Shown: positions 44,498-54,161 of the stretch, in pieces | Numbering within the stretch: position 1 is the first letter of the stretch | Layout of the letters: each line of letters opens with the position of its first letter | DNA from: Candidatus Enterousia sp. | Lineage (GTDB): Bacteria; Pseudomonadota; Alphaproteobacteria; Rs-D84 | DNA length: 56,799 bases | Direction: 5' to 3' | Assembly: GCA_045601765.1 (NCBI GenBank) | Contig: JAZSAG010000006.1 | Location: forward strand, 1 to 56,799 | The notes under the pieces: generated by a model | Databases searched by the model: none | What the model was told of the DNA's origin: nothing | The model's input: only the letters and a program-made list of their open reading frames with translations | Made by a program: the position numbers and the translations under genes

Positions 44498-45811
44498 TTA
44501 CAGTCCCAAATCTTCAAAAACACCATACATGGATTCCAACATATACAATGGAATAGATAACAAAGGCTCATCGTATCTAAACATACACAGGGATGTTTTG
44601 ACTGCTATCTTGGGCTGATACTCCTGCATATAAACCCGAAGTGATTTGGCCTTGGTGTTGATGTCGGACTTTGCTTCAATGGGTACAATGTGGCTTTTAT
44701 ATTGAATCAGGAAGTCCAACTCGGCATTACCCTTGTCGCGTCCCCAATAGAATAAAGGCGTATCGGTTGTGGATTTTAGCTCTTGGCATACATATTGTTC
44801 GGTTACTGCCCCTGCATAATCGTCAAATATTCGTGGTTCGGGCAGATAGAACGAAGATATATCCACATTGGAATGGGCGCATAATAGACCAACGTCATGC
44901 ATAAAAAGTTTGAAGCTTTCGCGCTCTTGGTCGCGCTGTAATGGCAGGCGCGGTGTCAGTGTGCGTGAAACCTTGTATACCAACCCCGTATTTATCAACC
45001 AATTCAAAGCATTTTCAAATTCTGCGGCACGACCACCTGATTTGACTTCTTTGTATATAAACTTCTTTTTTTCACGCGCCAAGTGATATGGTATAGAATC
45101 CCACAGCATACGAACCTTTGGGATATCGCTTTTGTTTATATGTTTTGAAAAGTCGTTGCGATAGGCCGCCAGTATTTCCTTTTGTTCCTCTCTTACCGCT
45201 TTCAAGTCGCCATTGGATTCAACAAAGGTTCGCACAACCGCCGGCATCCCACCAACATAGAAATATGTTTTCAGAACATCAGACAACAGGGCTTTCATTG
45301 CGTCCAGTTGTTCAACATCACGTTCCAGAATAACATCTAACAAACGCTCTTTACCTGTTGCTTCTAAGAATTCATAGAATGTCATTGGATATACGGTCAG
45401 GCTATCAACCTTGCCCACTGGGAATTTGCCCTCTGACACGCCGAGAAAGCTACCTGCCGCGATTACATGATATTCTGGTGCTTGCTCAGTAAAATATTTC
45501 AATGCATCTTTGGCGCGTTGGCACTCTTGCAACTCATCCAATATAATCAAGGTATTTTCTGGGGTTATATCTTTGCCAAAATGCCCCTCTAAGGCTTTGA
45601 TAATACGGTGTGGGTCAAGGCTGCCTTGGAAATAATCGCACAGCGCCGGTTCAGTGTCAAAGTTGGCGTATATGGTCTGGGCAAATTCTGTTTCACCAAA
45701 CTCCTGCATCAACCAAGTTTTACCCACCTGACGCGCACCCCATAATACCATCGGCTTGCGGTTTGGTTTATTCTTCCAATTTTTCAAAGCTTCTAAAGCG
45801 TATCTTTTCAT
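44498..45811 (-). CDS. COG1373-type AAA ATPase (AAA_14 + DUF4143) with a PD-(D/E)xK-like C-terminus
   Basis: Walker A GARQVGKTW, Walker B LIILDELQ, and C-terminal ...AELDFLIQ...IVPIEAKS (D...ExK). Confidence 0.8.
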   Translation of the reverse strand: MKRYALEALKNWKNKPNRKPMVLWGARQVGKTWLMQEFGETEFAQTIYANFDTEPALCDYFQGSLDPHRIIKALEGHFGKDITPENTLIILDELQECQRAKDALKYFTEQAPEYHVIAAGSFLGVSEGKFPVGKVDSLTVYPMTFYEFLEATGKERLLDVILERDVEQLDAMKALLSDVLKTYFYVGGMPAVVRTFVESNGDLKAVREEQKEILAAYRNDFSKHINKSDIPKVRMLWDSIPYHLAREKKKFIYKEVKSGGRAAEFENALNWLINTGLVYKVSRTLTPRLPLQRDQERESFKLFMHDVGLLCAHSNVDISSFYLPEPRIFDDYAGAVTEQYVCQELKSTTDTPLFYWGRDKGNAELDFLIQYKSHIVPIEAKSDINTKAKSLRVYMQEYQPKIAVKTSLCMFRYDEPLLSIPLYMLESMYGVFEDLGL

Positions 45812-45850
45812 GATATAATCCTGTTGTATGACGGCATAATAACATAATTT

Positions 45851-45942
45851 TTACACTTTTTCAAGGGAATAAATGTATAAACATTACACTTTTTCAATGG
45901 AATAAATGTAATTTGTATACGGTTTTTCGATGGAACAAGTGT
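45851..45942 (+). repeat. Three tandem repeats with a 33-bp period in the divergent ATPase/hsdM promoter region
   Basis: ttacactttttcaagggaataaatgta (45851-45877), ttacactttttcaatggaataaatgta (45884-45910), and a degenerate third unit (45916-45942). Confidence 0.8.
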
Positions 45943-46040
45943 TGAAATATCGAATTTTTTGCATAAAAAGCGCATTTATTTTTTGTTATTGTGCAATTTT
46001 TTTCTTTTTACTAATATCAGGAATAAATGGAGATGATGTT

Positions 46041-47762
46041 ATGAGTTTGAGTGCCAACGTACAGGAAAAAGCAAATCTGATTTGGGCGATTGCAGACAAA
46101 CTGGTCGGCCCGTTTGAACCACATGAATACGGCGAAGTTATATTACCATTTGTGGTAATAAAGCGTTTTGATTGCATCCTTGCCGACACCAAGGACAAGG
46201 TTTTAGAAGAACACAAGGCCATTCAAGGATTGGACAACAAAGAACTGATAGACGTTAGGCTGAAAAAGGCCAGCGGGGTTCAATTTTATAACATCAGCCC
46301 ATTTACATTTGAAAAGCTGTTGGATGCGCCAAACAATATCGCCAGCAATTTCAAGGCATATCTGGCTGGCTTTTCAGAAAACGTTCAAAACATCATTGAA
46401 AAATTTGACTTTGATAAGCAACTTGCACGACTGGTTGATAAAGACTTGTTGTACATCATTGTCCAAGAATTTTGCTCGACAAAGGCAGACCTGCACCCAG
46501 ATAAGATAAGCAATCTGGAAATGGGGTATATCTTTGAAGAAATTATCAGACGTTTTTCAGAAGCCCATAATGGCGCGGCCGGTCAACACTATACCCCGCG
46601 CGAGGTTATTCGCTTGATGGTAAATATCTTGTTTGACAGCGATGATGAAATCTTGACTGATACAACCGTAAAAACCATGTATGACCCGACTGTGGGAACG
46701 GGTGGGATGTTGTCTGTGGCATCTGAATATCTGAAAGAAATGAATCCTGATGCCAAGTTGTTATGTTATGGCCAAGAAATCAATGATAAGACGTTTGCAA
46801 TTTGCAAGGCAGACATGCTTATCAAGGGGGAAAACGCAGACAATATCAAGAACGGCAACACACTGGCGGATGATAAATTTGAAGACAGCAAGTTTTCGTA
46901 CATTCTGTCCAATCCACCATTTGGTATTGAATGGAAGAAAGAAAAATCCGCCGTTGAGAACGAGGCAAAATTAGGGTTTGCGGGTCGTTTCGGTGCAGGT
47001 CTGCCACCGGTCAGCGACAGTCAGATGTTGTTCCTGCAAATCTGTATCAACAAATTGAATCCGGATAAAGGTAAGGCATGTGTTATTCAAAATGGGTCGC
47101 CGTTATTCAGTGGCGATGCCGGCAGTGGCCCATCAGAAATACGCAGATATCTGTTGGAACACGATTATTTGGATGCGATTATCGGACTGCCCAACAACAT
47201 ATTTTACAACACCGGAATCGCAACATATATCTGGGTACTGTCAACCAGAAAGCCCGCGCAGCGCAAAGGAAAGGTAATTCTTATCAACGCAAGCGAGATG
47301 TATGAAAAACGTAGAAAGGCATTGGGTGATAAAAGACACGACATTCCAGAAAGTGCGATTGCAGAAATAACACGTGTATACAGCGAATTCAAAGAAACAG
47401 AAATCAGCAAGATATTCAATACAGATGAATTCGGATATCGCAAGGTTGTTGTTGAACGTCCATTGCGTGATGAAAACGGTGATGTTGTTTTGAAGAAAGG
47501 AAAACCAGTTGCCGACCCAAAGTTACGCGACACAGAAAACATCCCATTGACCGAAGATATTCAGACGTATTTTGAGCGCGAGGTTTTGCCATTCGCACCC
47601 GATGCATGGATTGATGAATCCAAGACAAAAATCGGATACGAAATACCATTTACAAGATATTTCTATAAATACACCCCGCCACGCAAATCAGAAGACATCA
47701 TGGCGGAAATAATGACATTGGAATCTGAATTGGATGCACTGTTGAAAGGGGTATCCAAATGA
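46041..47762 (+). CDS. hsdM: Type I restriction-modification system, DNA methyltransferase subunit
   Basis: N-terminal HsdM_N (ANLIWAIADKL), AdoMet motif DPTVGTGGML, catalytic NPPF. Start at 46041 after GGAG; the track ORF N-extension is rejected. Confidence 0.92.
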   Translation: MSLSANVQEKANLIWAIADKLVGPFEPHEYGEVILPFVVIKRFDCILADTKDKVLEEHKAIQGLDNKELIDVRLKKASGVQFYNISPFTFEKLLDAPNNIASNFKAYLAGFSENVQNIIEKFDFDKQLARLVDKDLLYIIVQEFCSTKADLHPDKISNLEMGYIFEEIIRRFSEAHNGAAGQHYTPREVIRLMVNILFDSDDEILTDTTVKTMYDPTVGTGGMLSVASEYLKEMNPDAKLLCYGQEINDKTFAICKADMLIKGENADNIKNGNTLADDKFEDSKFSYILSNPPFGIEWKKEKSAVENEAKLGFAGRFGAGLPPVSDSQMLFLQICINKLNPDKGKACVIQNGSPLFSGDAGSGPSEIRRYLLEHDYLDAIIGLPNNIFYNTGIATYIWVLSTRKPAQRKGKVILINASEMYEKRRKALGDKRHDIPESAIAEITRVYSEFKETEISKIFNTDEFGYRKVVVERPLRDENGDVVLKKGKPVADPKLRDTENIPLTEDIQTYFEREVLPFAPDAWIDESKTKIGYEIPFTRYFYKYTPPRKSEDIMAEIMTLESELDALLKGVSK

Positions 47763-49240
47763 AAGGAATAAATCCGATAGCTGCACAAATAACAAATTCC
47801 CCAGCGGCTAAACTTGCCGCAAAATTAGCAAGCAGTCCAATGGCAAAAATGGCTACCAATCCGATGGTAAAGGCTGCAACACAAATGGCGAACAACCCAA
47901 TGGCACAAGCAGCCACACGATTATCACGCATTGCCCAACCGTATGCCGAAGCGCTTCAAAAGCTTAGCCATATTGAGTGGATTGGCAAAATCCCTAAGTG
48001 TTGGGATATAGTAAAAACCAAACGTATTTTTCAAAACAATAAACAAGTTGCAGGCAAACATGCCGGTGATTATGAGCGCCTTGCTCTTACTATGAATGGG
48101 GTAATAAAACGAGATAAAGATGATGCTGAGGGGCTACAACCCGAAAGCTTTGATGGCTATCAAGTGCTAGGACAAAATCAACTGGTGTTCAAACTGATTG
48201 ATTTGGAAAATGTAAAAACAAGCCGAGTAGGATTATCTCCATTTACCGGCATAGTATCCCCCGCATATATCGTTTTGAAAAACACCCAAGTAGACAATCG
48301 TTTTTTCTATTACTATTACATGAATATGTATTACCAAGAAATATTCAATTACATGGGCGGAGAGGGAGTTAGAAGTGCATTGAATGCGAAAGATTTGCTT
48401 GAAGTACCTTTGCCCAACATATCCACGTCCGAACAACAAGCGATTGCGGATTATTTGGATGGGGAATGTGCGCGAATTGATGGCATTGTTACAACCCAGC
48501 GACAGATAATTGAACGCCTGAAAGAATACAAGAAATCATTTATTACCGAGGCGGTTACACGTGGCCTGAACCCCGATGCGCCAATGAAAGACAGCGGCAT
48601 CGAATGGATAGGCAAGATTCCAAAGAATTGGGAAATATCAAAAGTATCTTTCTTTTTTGATATACAGTTGGGCAAGATGGTACAACCAAATAAAGAAAAT
48701 GAATTTGATATAGAGCGCCCTTATTTATGTGCAGTCAACTTCGGTAACAATACATTCAAACTGGATACAATAAAGACAATGTGGTTTTCTCCAGCTGAGA
48801 TAGAATTATACCGAGTTTCTGTTGGGGATTTGTTTGTGGTAGAGGGCGGAGATATCGCTAGCTCCGACTTTGTTACACACCCTTTAGAAGACTTCGGTTT
48901 TCAAAACGCCTTACATAGAGTAAGAGCTCGTGCCAGTGCAGATACTAGATTTTTGAGATATCTTTTGATTGTTGCAAAAAATATGGGTTATATCGACTTG
49001 ATTTGCAATAAAGCAACTATTGCACATTTTTCTAAGGATAAATTTCAAAACATGCCTTTTTTAGTCGCACCACTATCAGAACAACAAGCCATTGCGGATT
49101 ATTTGGACAAGAAGAGTGCAGAGGTTGACACTATAATTGAAAAGCGTGAGCGGATGATAGAACTGATGACGGAATATAAAAAATCACTGATATACGAATG
49201 TGTTACCGGTAAAAAGGAAATAGTTGATGTTGTGGAATGA
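47759..49240 (+). CDS. hsdS: Type I R-M specificity subunit with an unusual ~70-aa Ala-rich repeat N-terminal extension
   Basis: Two TRDs, each preceded by IEWIGKIPK(C/N)W. Two conserved helices (EQQAIADYLD...). ATGA overlap with hsdM. Confidence 0.9.
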   Translation: MKGINPIAAQITNSPAAKLAAKLASSPMAKMATNPMVKAATQMANNPMAQAATRLSRIAQPYAEALQKLSHIEWIGKIPKCWDIVKTKRIFQNNKQVAGKHAGDYERLALTMNGVIKRDKDDAEGLQPESFDGYQVLGQNQLVFKLIDLENVKTSRVGLSPFTGIVSPAYIVLKNTQVDNRFFYYYYMNMYYQEIFNYMGGEGVRSALNAKDLLEVPLPNISTSEQQAIADYLDGECARIDGIVTTQRQIIERLKEYKKSFITEAVTRGLNPDAPMKDSGIEWIGKIPKNWEISKVSFFFDIQLGKMVQPNKENEFDIERPYLCAVNFGNNTFKLDTIKTMWFSPAEIELYRVSVGDLFVVEGGDIASSDFVTHPLEDFGFQNALHRVRARASADTRFLRYLLIVAKNMGYIDLICNKATIAHFSKDKFQNMPFLVAPLSEQQAIADYLDKKSAEVDTIIEKRERMIELMTEYKKSLIYECVTGKKEIVDVVE

Positions 49241-49658
49241 TTTCTTTTCTTCACAGTTGTTTGGGGTTATTATTGGGGCACTGATGACCGGTGGTTTTAC
49301 GTGGCTGTTGGATTGCCTGCGATACAAACGTGAACGCAAGGCACACATTCAACAAAAACGCGAAGAATTATATATTCAAGCGTGTCATGTGTTGATGGAA
49401 CATGATAAATACTGTCGCGACCACGAATGGCCCAAAAAGTGCAAAGAAATGTTCAATGAATTACAGGGCAAAATGCTGATATATGCATCAAAGAAGATTT
49501 ATAAACAATATTATGCATTAGATACTGAAATTTGTTCTGTTTATGCTAAAATGAAATCCAAGAAACAACGTGAAGAAATGTCAAACAAGATAGCCGACAA
49601 GGTAGAGGCGTTTGCATCAGAAATGCGTAAAGAACTGGGTATAAAAGGAGTGTTATAA
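49227..49658 (+). CDS. Hypothetical single-pass membrane protein embedded between hsdS and hsdR
   Basis: AGGAAA RBS and ATG 49227. TM helix LFGVIIGALMTGGFTWLL then a helical, Lys/Glu-rich domain. Overlaps hsdS by 14 nt, and its TAA overlaps the hsdR ATG (TAATG). Confidence 0.65.
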   Translation: MLWNDFFSSQLFGVIIGALMTGGFTWLLDCLRYKRERKAHIQQKREELYIQACHVLMEHDKYCRDHEWPKKCKEMFNELQGKMLIYASKKIYKQYYALDTEICSVYAKMKSKKQREEMSNKIADKVEAFASEMRKELGIKGVL

Positions 49659-52600
49659 TGGCCGGCGACAACCTGAAAGAAATCAATTTAGAAGCAGCAA
49701 TAGAAGCATATTTGACATCTGATATGGGTGGCTATGCCAAGGGTAATCCGGATAAATTTGACCGCAAATTGGCACTGGATAAAGATACGCTGATTGAATT
49801 TGTAAAAAACACTCAACCCAAGGCATGGGAACGCTATACCCAGACGTATCCAACAAATCCCGAAGAAGTATTTATCGACAGGGTGCACACAGTTATCAAG
49901 CAAGCGCCAAAGGGATTATTGCAGATTCTGCGTACCGGATTCAAAGACAGGGGAATTGAATTCAAGCTGTGTTATTTCAAGCCAGATAACAGCATGAATG
50001 AAGCGGATGTAGAACTGTATAACAAAAACATCCTGCATTGCACACGCCAGTTGCATTATTCGGTATCCAATGAAAACAGCATTGATATTGTTTTATTCTT
50101 GAACGGTATACCGGTTGTGTCAATGGAGCTAAAAAACCAATTCACAGGCCAAGATACATCAAACGCAATCGACCAATACAAATTTGACCGAAATTCCAAA
50201 GACACAATATTTGAATTCAAGAACAGGGTCTTTGTGCACTTTGCGGTTGACTTGTATGAAGCGTACATGACAACAAAACTGGATGGTGTAAAGACATTTT
50301 TCTTGCCATTCAATCAGGGTTCAAATGGTGCGGGCAATATCGGTGGCAAGGGTAATCCAGCAAACCCTGATGGCTTTACAACGTCTTATTTGTGGGAAAA
50401 AGTATTATGTAAAGATATGCTGATGGAAATAATTCAAAAGTATCTGCACATCCAAATCACCCGAAACAAAAAGACCAAGGCAATCGAAAAAGAAACGATG
50501 ATATTCCCGCGCTATCACCAGTTGGACGTTGTTACAAAATTGGTAGATGACGTAAAGCAAAATGGCGCAGGAAAAAGCTATTTGATTCAACACTCAGCAG
50601 GCTCAGGCAAAAGTAACTCTATCGCATGGTTAGCATATCACCTAGCAAGCCTACATAACGACCAGAACGAGAAGATATTCAATTCGGTTATCGTTTTGAC
50701 AGACAGACGTGTTTTGGATTCACAGCTGCAAGACACAATTACACAATTTGACCATACGAGCGGCCTTGTTGAACCTATCAAAGAGGGGTCAAAACAGCTG
50801 AAGAATGCAATCAACGAAAAGAAAGCGATTATTATTTCAACTATCCAAAAGTTCCCGATTATTTACAAGGAATTGGTATCTGAAAACAGGTCTTTTGCCA
50901 TTATCGCGGACGAGGGGCACAGCAGTCAATCCGGTAAGGCCGCAGCAAGTGTTATTCAGGGTTTAGGCGATACAGAAGAAGAAACACTGAACAAATTTGC
51001 CGAACAAGAAGCACAGACCGAAGAAAAACAAGATGAAGAAATGGACACCTTGGAAAACACACTAAAATCCCAAGGACAGCATGACAATTTATCTTTCTTT
51101 GCATTTACAGCCACACCCAAGGCAAAGACACTGAACCGATTTGGGACAAGGCAGCCGGATGGGTCATACAAGGCCTTTCACGTCTACTCTATGCAGCAGG
51201 CCATAGAAGAGGGATTTATCTTGGACGTGTTGCAGAACTATACGACATATAAAACCTACTATAAACTGATAAAAAAGACAGTAGATGACCCGCAACTGGA
51301 ATCTGCCAAGGGTGCAAAGGAAATAACCAAATTCCAAACCCTGCATCCAACAAATATTTCACAAAAGACAACCATTATGCTGAATCATTTTGTGAATGTT
51401 ACGGCAGCTAAAATCAACGGGCGCGCAAAGGCTATGGTTGTTACACCGTCCAGATTGCATGCAGTTCGTTATCTAAAAGAATTCAAAAAACAAATAGAAA
51501 AGAACCAAATCAAGGGTGTAGATGTTCTGGTGGCGTTTTCTGGGGAATTGAAAGATGCACACGAAACATATACAGAAACTATGTTGAATGTCGATAAGAC
51601 CGGTGCGCACATCAAGGAAACACAGTTGCCGGAATACTTCAAAAACGATTTCAACATACTGATTGTGGCGGACAAATATCAGACGGGATTTGATGAACCG
51701 TTGCTGCATACCATGTTTGTGGATAAGAAATTGAATGACGTAAAAGCAGTGCAGACATTATCCCGATTGAACCGCACGACCAAGGGCAAGACAGATACAT
51801 TCGTGTTAGACTTTGTAAATGAACGCGAAGATATCAAAAACTCGTTCCAAAAGTATTTCCAGCAGACAATTCTTGAAAAGGAAATTGACCCGAATGAATT
51901 GTATAAGCTGCAAAGCGTTATAATGGAGGCGCAAATCTGTTATCCGAATGAAATTGAGCAGTTTGCAGACATCTATTATTCAGGTAAAGAAACAGAAAAA
52001 GACCTTGGTAAATTATCATCTATTCTGAAACCGGCCTTGGATAGATATAATGTGAAAACACCAGAAGACCAAGATAAGTTTAGAAAAGCACTTGGCAACT
52101 TTATCAAAATGTATGACTTTATTATTCAGATTGTCCGACTGATGGATAAAGATTTACAGAAGTTCTTTGTTTACGGTAAGTTCCTGCACAAATGTCTGAG
52201 AAAAGGTAAATCAGAACGTGTGGATTTATCAAACAAACTGGTTCTGGAATACATCAAACAAGCCAAACAAGAAGAGGGTTCAATCGTACTGGAAGACAAA
52301 GTCGGGAAAGCTAAACCTGTAGTAGGCGGAACAGGCAGCAGCACCAAGAAAACCGAACCCCTATCAGCCATTATCGAAAAGTTCAACGAACGGTTCGGCA
52401 CAAGTTTTTCTGGTGAAGATAAAGTGCTGGAGCAGGTTATTGACGACATGAGCAAAGACCCGTATCTGGTAATATCTGCACAAAACAAAGACAAGACCGC
52501 TTTCAACACCCAATTTGACACCAAGTTTACAGACGTCATGATGGACAGACATACCAAGAATGATGAGTTTTTCAAAGAATTGCTGTCTGACAAGGATAAA

Positions 52601-52660
52601 CTGGACTTCCTGAAAGATATGTTGGTACAGGTTGCTTATAAAAGTTTGGGGAATAAATAA
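49658..52660 (+). CDS. hsdR: Type I restriction enzyme endonuclease/translocase subunit
   Basis: 1000 aa with an N-terminal nuclease region, helicase motif I HSAGSGKS and motif II IIADEGH, and a C-terminal helical domain. Confidence 0.92.
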   Translation: MAGDNLKEINLEAAIEAYLTSDMGGYAKGNPDKFDRKLALDKDTLIEFVKNTQPKAWERYTQTYPTNPEEVFIDRVHTVIKQAPKGLLQILRTGFKDRGIEFKLCYFKPDNSMNEADVELYNKNILHCTRQLHYSVSNENSIDIVLFLNGIPVVSMELKNQFTGQDTSNAIDQYKFDRNSKDTIFEFKNRVFVHFAVDLYEAYMTTKLDGVKTFFLPFNQGSNGAGNIGGKGNPANPDGFTTSYLWEKVLCKDMLMEIIQKYLHIQITRNKKTKAIEKETMIFPRYHQLDVVTKLVDDVKQNGAGKSYLIQHSAGSGKSNSIAWLAYHLASLHNDQNEKIFNSVIVLTDRRVLDSQLQDTITQFDHTSGLVEPIKEGSKQLKNAINEKKAIIISTIQKFPIIYKELVSENRSFAIIADEGHSSQSGKAAASVIQGLGDTEEETLNKFAEQEAQTEEKQDEEMDTLENTLKSQGQHDNLSFFAFTATPKAKTLNRFGTRQPDGSYKAFHVYSMQQAIEEGFILDVLQNYTTYKTYYKLIKKTVDDPQLESAKGAKEITKFQTLHPTNISQKTTIMLNHFVNVTAAKINGRAKAMVVTPSRLHAVRYLKEFKKQIEKNQIKGVDVLVAFSGELKDAHETYTETMLNVDKTGAHIKETQLPEYFKNDFNILIVADKYQTGFDEPLLHTMFVDKKLNDVKAVQTLSRLNRTTKGKTDTFVLDFVNEREDIKNSFQKYFQQTILEKEIDPNELYKLQSVIMEAQICYPNEIEQFADIYYSGKETEKDLGKLSSILKPALDRYNVKTPEDQDKFRKALGNFIKMYDFIIQIVRLMDKDLQKFFVYGKFLHKCLRKGKSERVDLSNKLVLEYIKQAKQEEGSIVLEDKVGKAKPVVGGTGSSTKKTEPLSAIIEKFNERFGTSFSGEDKVLEQVIDDMSKDPYLVISAQNKDKTAFNTQFDTKFTDVMMDRHTKNDEFFKELLSDKDKLDFLKDMLVQVAYKSLGNK

Positions 52661-52725
52661 ATTACTGTAGTGCAGAACTGTTGCACCACTGAAAGTTCTA
52701 ATAATCGTAACCAAAGGAACGTTCA

Positions 52726-52911
52726 ATGGCACAAAAAAGTAACCTGCATTATCGTTGGAAAGACGACAATCTAATTGTAAAACGCAATGGCGGAAAGAAT
52801 ATAACCTTTCCAAAAGCATTGGGTGCATTTCACAAGAATGGTGAAATAATCGTTATTTCATCACTTGGCAAGAAAATCCGGATAGACAAGTTCGGTCATC
52901 GGCACTGGTAA
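52726..52911 (+). CDS. Hypothetical small ORF (weak)
   Basis: 61-aa ORF whose 3' end overlaps the convergent Rep-like gene. No family or clear RBS. Confidence 0.25.
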   Translation: MAQKSNLHYRWKDDNLIVKRNGGKNITFPKALGAFHKNGEIIVISSLGKKIRIDKFGHRHW

Positions 52912-53687
52912 AAATTGCTGGTATATCTGAGCCGCATTTTTTCAAAAAATAAAGCACCCACACCGCACACACCCCCCAATATTTTTATCAGGGGTGTTTT
53001 TTTGACTGCGTGTATCTTTTTTGATATTTCTACAATGCATTTGACAAGGCTTACAATCGGTTGTTCTGACACACTTGTTTCTTGTTCAGGTTGTTTTGAC
53101 GCTTGTTTTATCGGTCTTTTGTGTCTGGTCACCCCAAGTAAAGTGCCGGCCATTTCAAGCCTGTCAATCGATGTGATTTTGTTGTTTCTGATAAATTCTT
53201 TGATGTCATAGTGATATATATTGTCATCGGGGTTTATTTGCCGACAATCATATTCCACAATTAGCCTTTGTGGTTTATAATTGTTTGTTTTGGCAAAATG
53301 TTTGGCGAATTGTTCGTTGGCATAGTCTAAAGCACATTGTATTTCTTCGTTTGTATACAAATCACCGTTGTGTTTCCTTGCATCCAATAGAATATGACAG
53401 TGATATGGGGTGTATGAGTTTTTGTGATTTTCAAAGAACACTACAAAATCAACCATTCTTCGTTGCCAGTCATTGGTATCTTTTGTTTTTCTTTTGGTTG
53501 TTTGTTTATACTTTTTGTAAATAATTCCTTTTTCGAAATCTAGCATAAACTGCCGCAGATATCTTTTTGTTGTATCTAAATTTGAACTCTTGATGCAGAA
53601 TGGTAATTGTAACGATAACGAATGTGTATATTCCTGCTGCGCCAACCATTCTGTTATTATTTGTTTGTGATTATTATTGTTGTTCAT
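52896..53687 (-). CDS. Putative HUH-superfamily rolling-circle Rep/relaxase-like protein
   Basis: Motif order resembles RCR initiators: HSLSLQL (motif 1-like), YHCHILLD (HUH), NIYHYDIKEF (Tyr motif). Assignment rests on motifs only. Confidence 0.4.
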   Translation of the reverse strand: MNNNNNHKQIITEWLAQQEYTHSLSLQLPFCIKSSNLDTTKRYLRQFMLDFEKGIIYKKYKQTTKRKTKDTNDWQRRMVDFVVFFENHKNSYTPYHCHILLDARKHNGDLYTNEEIQCALDYANEQFAKHFAKTNNYKPQRLIVEYDCRQINPDDNIYHYDIKEFIRNNKITSIDRLEMAGTLLGVTRHKRPIKQASKQPEQETSVSEQPIVSLVKCIVEISKKIHAVKKTPLIKILGGVCGVGALFFEKMRLRYTSNFYQCR

Positions 53688-53845
53688 TTATTCTTTCCTT
53701 GCTTTGCTTTTGGGTATAAAAATCTATTTGCCGGTTGGCATTAGTAATGGACGTATGAGACCGCGAGATGAACCACACAATACCCAAACACCGGTTTTCG
53801 CCATCGTGCGCGTGCCTGTACCATGGAACAAACGCACAATTCGAA

Positions 53846-53882
53846 GATATAGAAACAATCAAACATTGATTCTTTGTATATC
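53846..53882. repeat. 37-bp near-perfect palindrome (17-bp arms, 2 mismatches, 3-nt loop); candidate origin or nick hairpin
   Basis: gatatagaaacaatcaa-aca-ttgattctttgtatatc, about 160 bp upstream of the Rep-like gene start. Confidence 0.6.
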
Positions 53883-54030
53883 TCTGGCGCACTGAAAAGG
53901 CTATGCGTGCACTTGTCAGAACTCTCTAAAGGCCACTTTTGAGCATTTTCGGTATTTTTCTATTTACAAACTGCTTTTTTCTGCTATTATAGCCTACGCG
54001 AACAGCAAGTTCATATGCATTGAATTTGAT

Positions 54031-54049
54031 TTGGAGCAATTTTGGAGCA
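54031..54049 (+). repeat. TTGGAGCA x2 phased 11 bp apart (candidate integrase arm-type sites, P arm)
   Basis: Same 20-mer as at 42122-42141, followed by ctttgtag in both copies. Lies 112 bp from the attR core. Confidence 0.5.
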
Positions 54050-54161
54050 GGCTTTGTAGCATCTTTGGGTATTTCATAGCAGGAAATAGCAGCAAAGGTA
54101 CAGACACCCAAAAAGCCCAATACGTTACAAATCTGAACAAAAGCTGTTAGTGCAAAGTTTT

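Noticed and set aside
53674-53895. Mutually overlapping 72-aa ORFs on both strands upstream of the Rep-like gene.
   Set aside because: They overlap each other and the palindrome region, with no RBS and no family resemblance. This is most likely non-coding origin or regulatory DNA.
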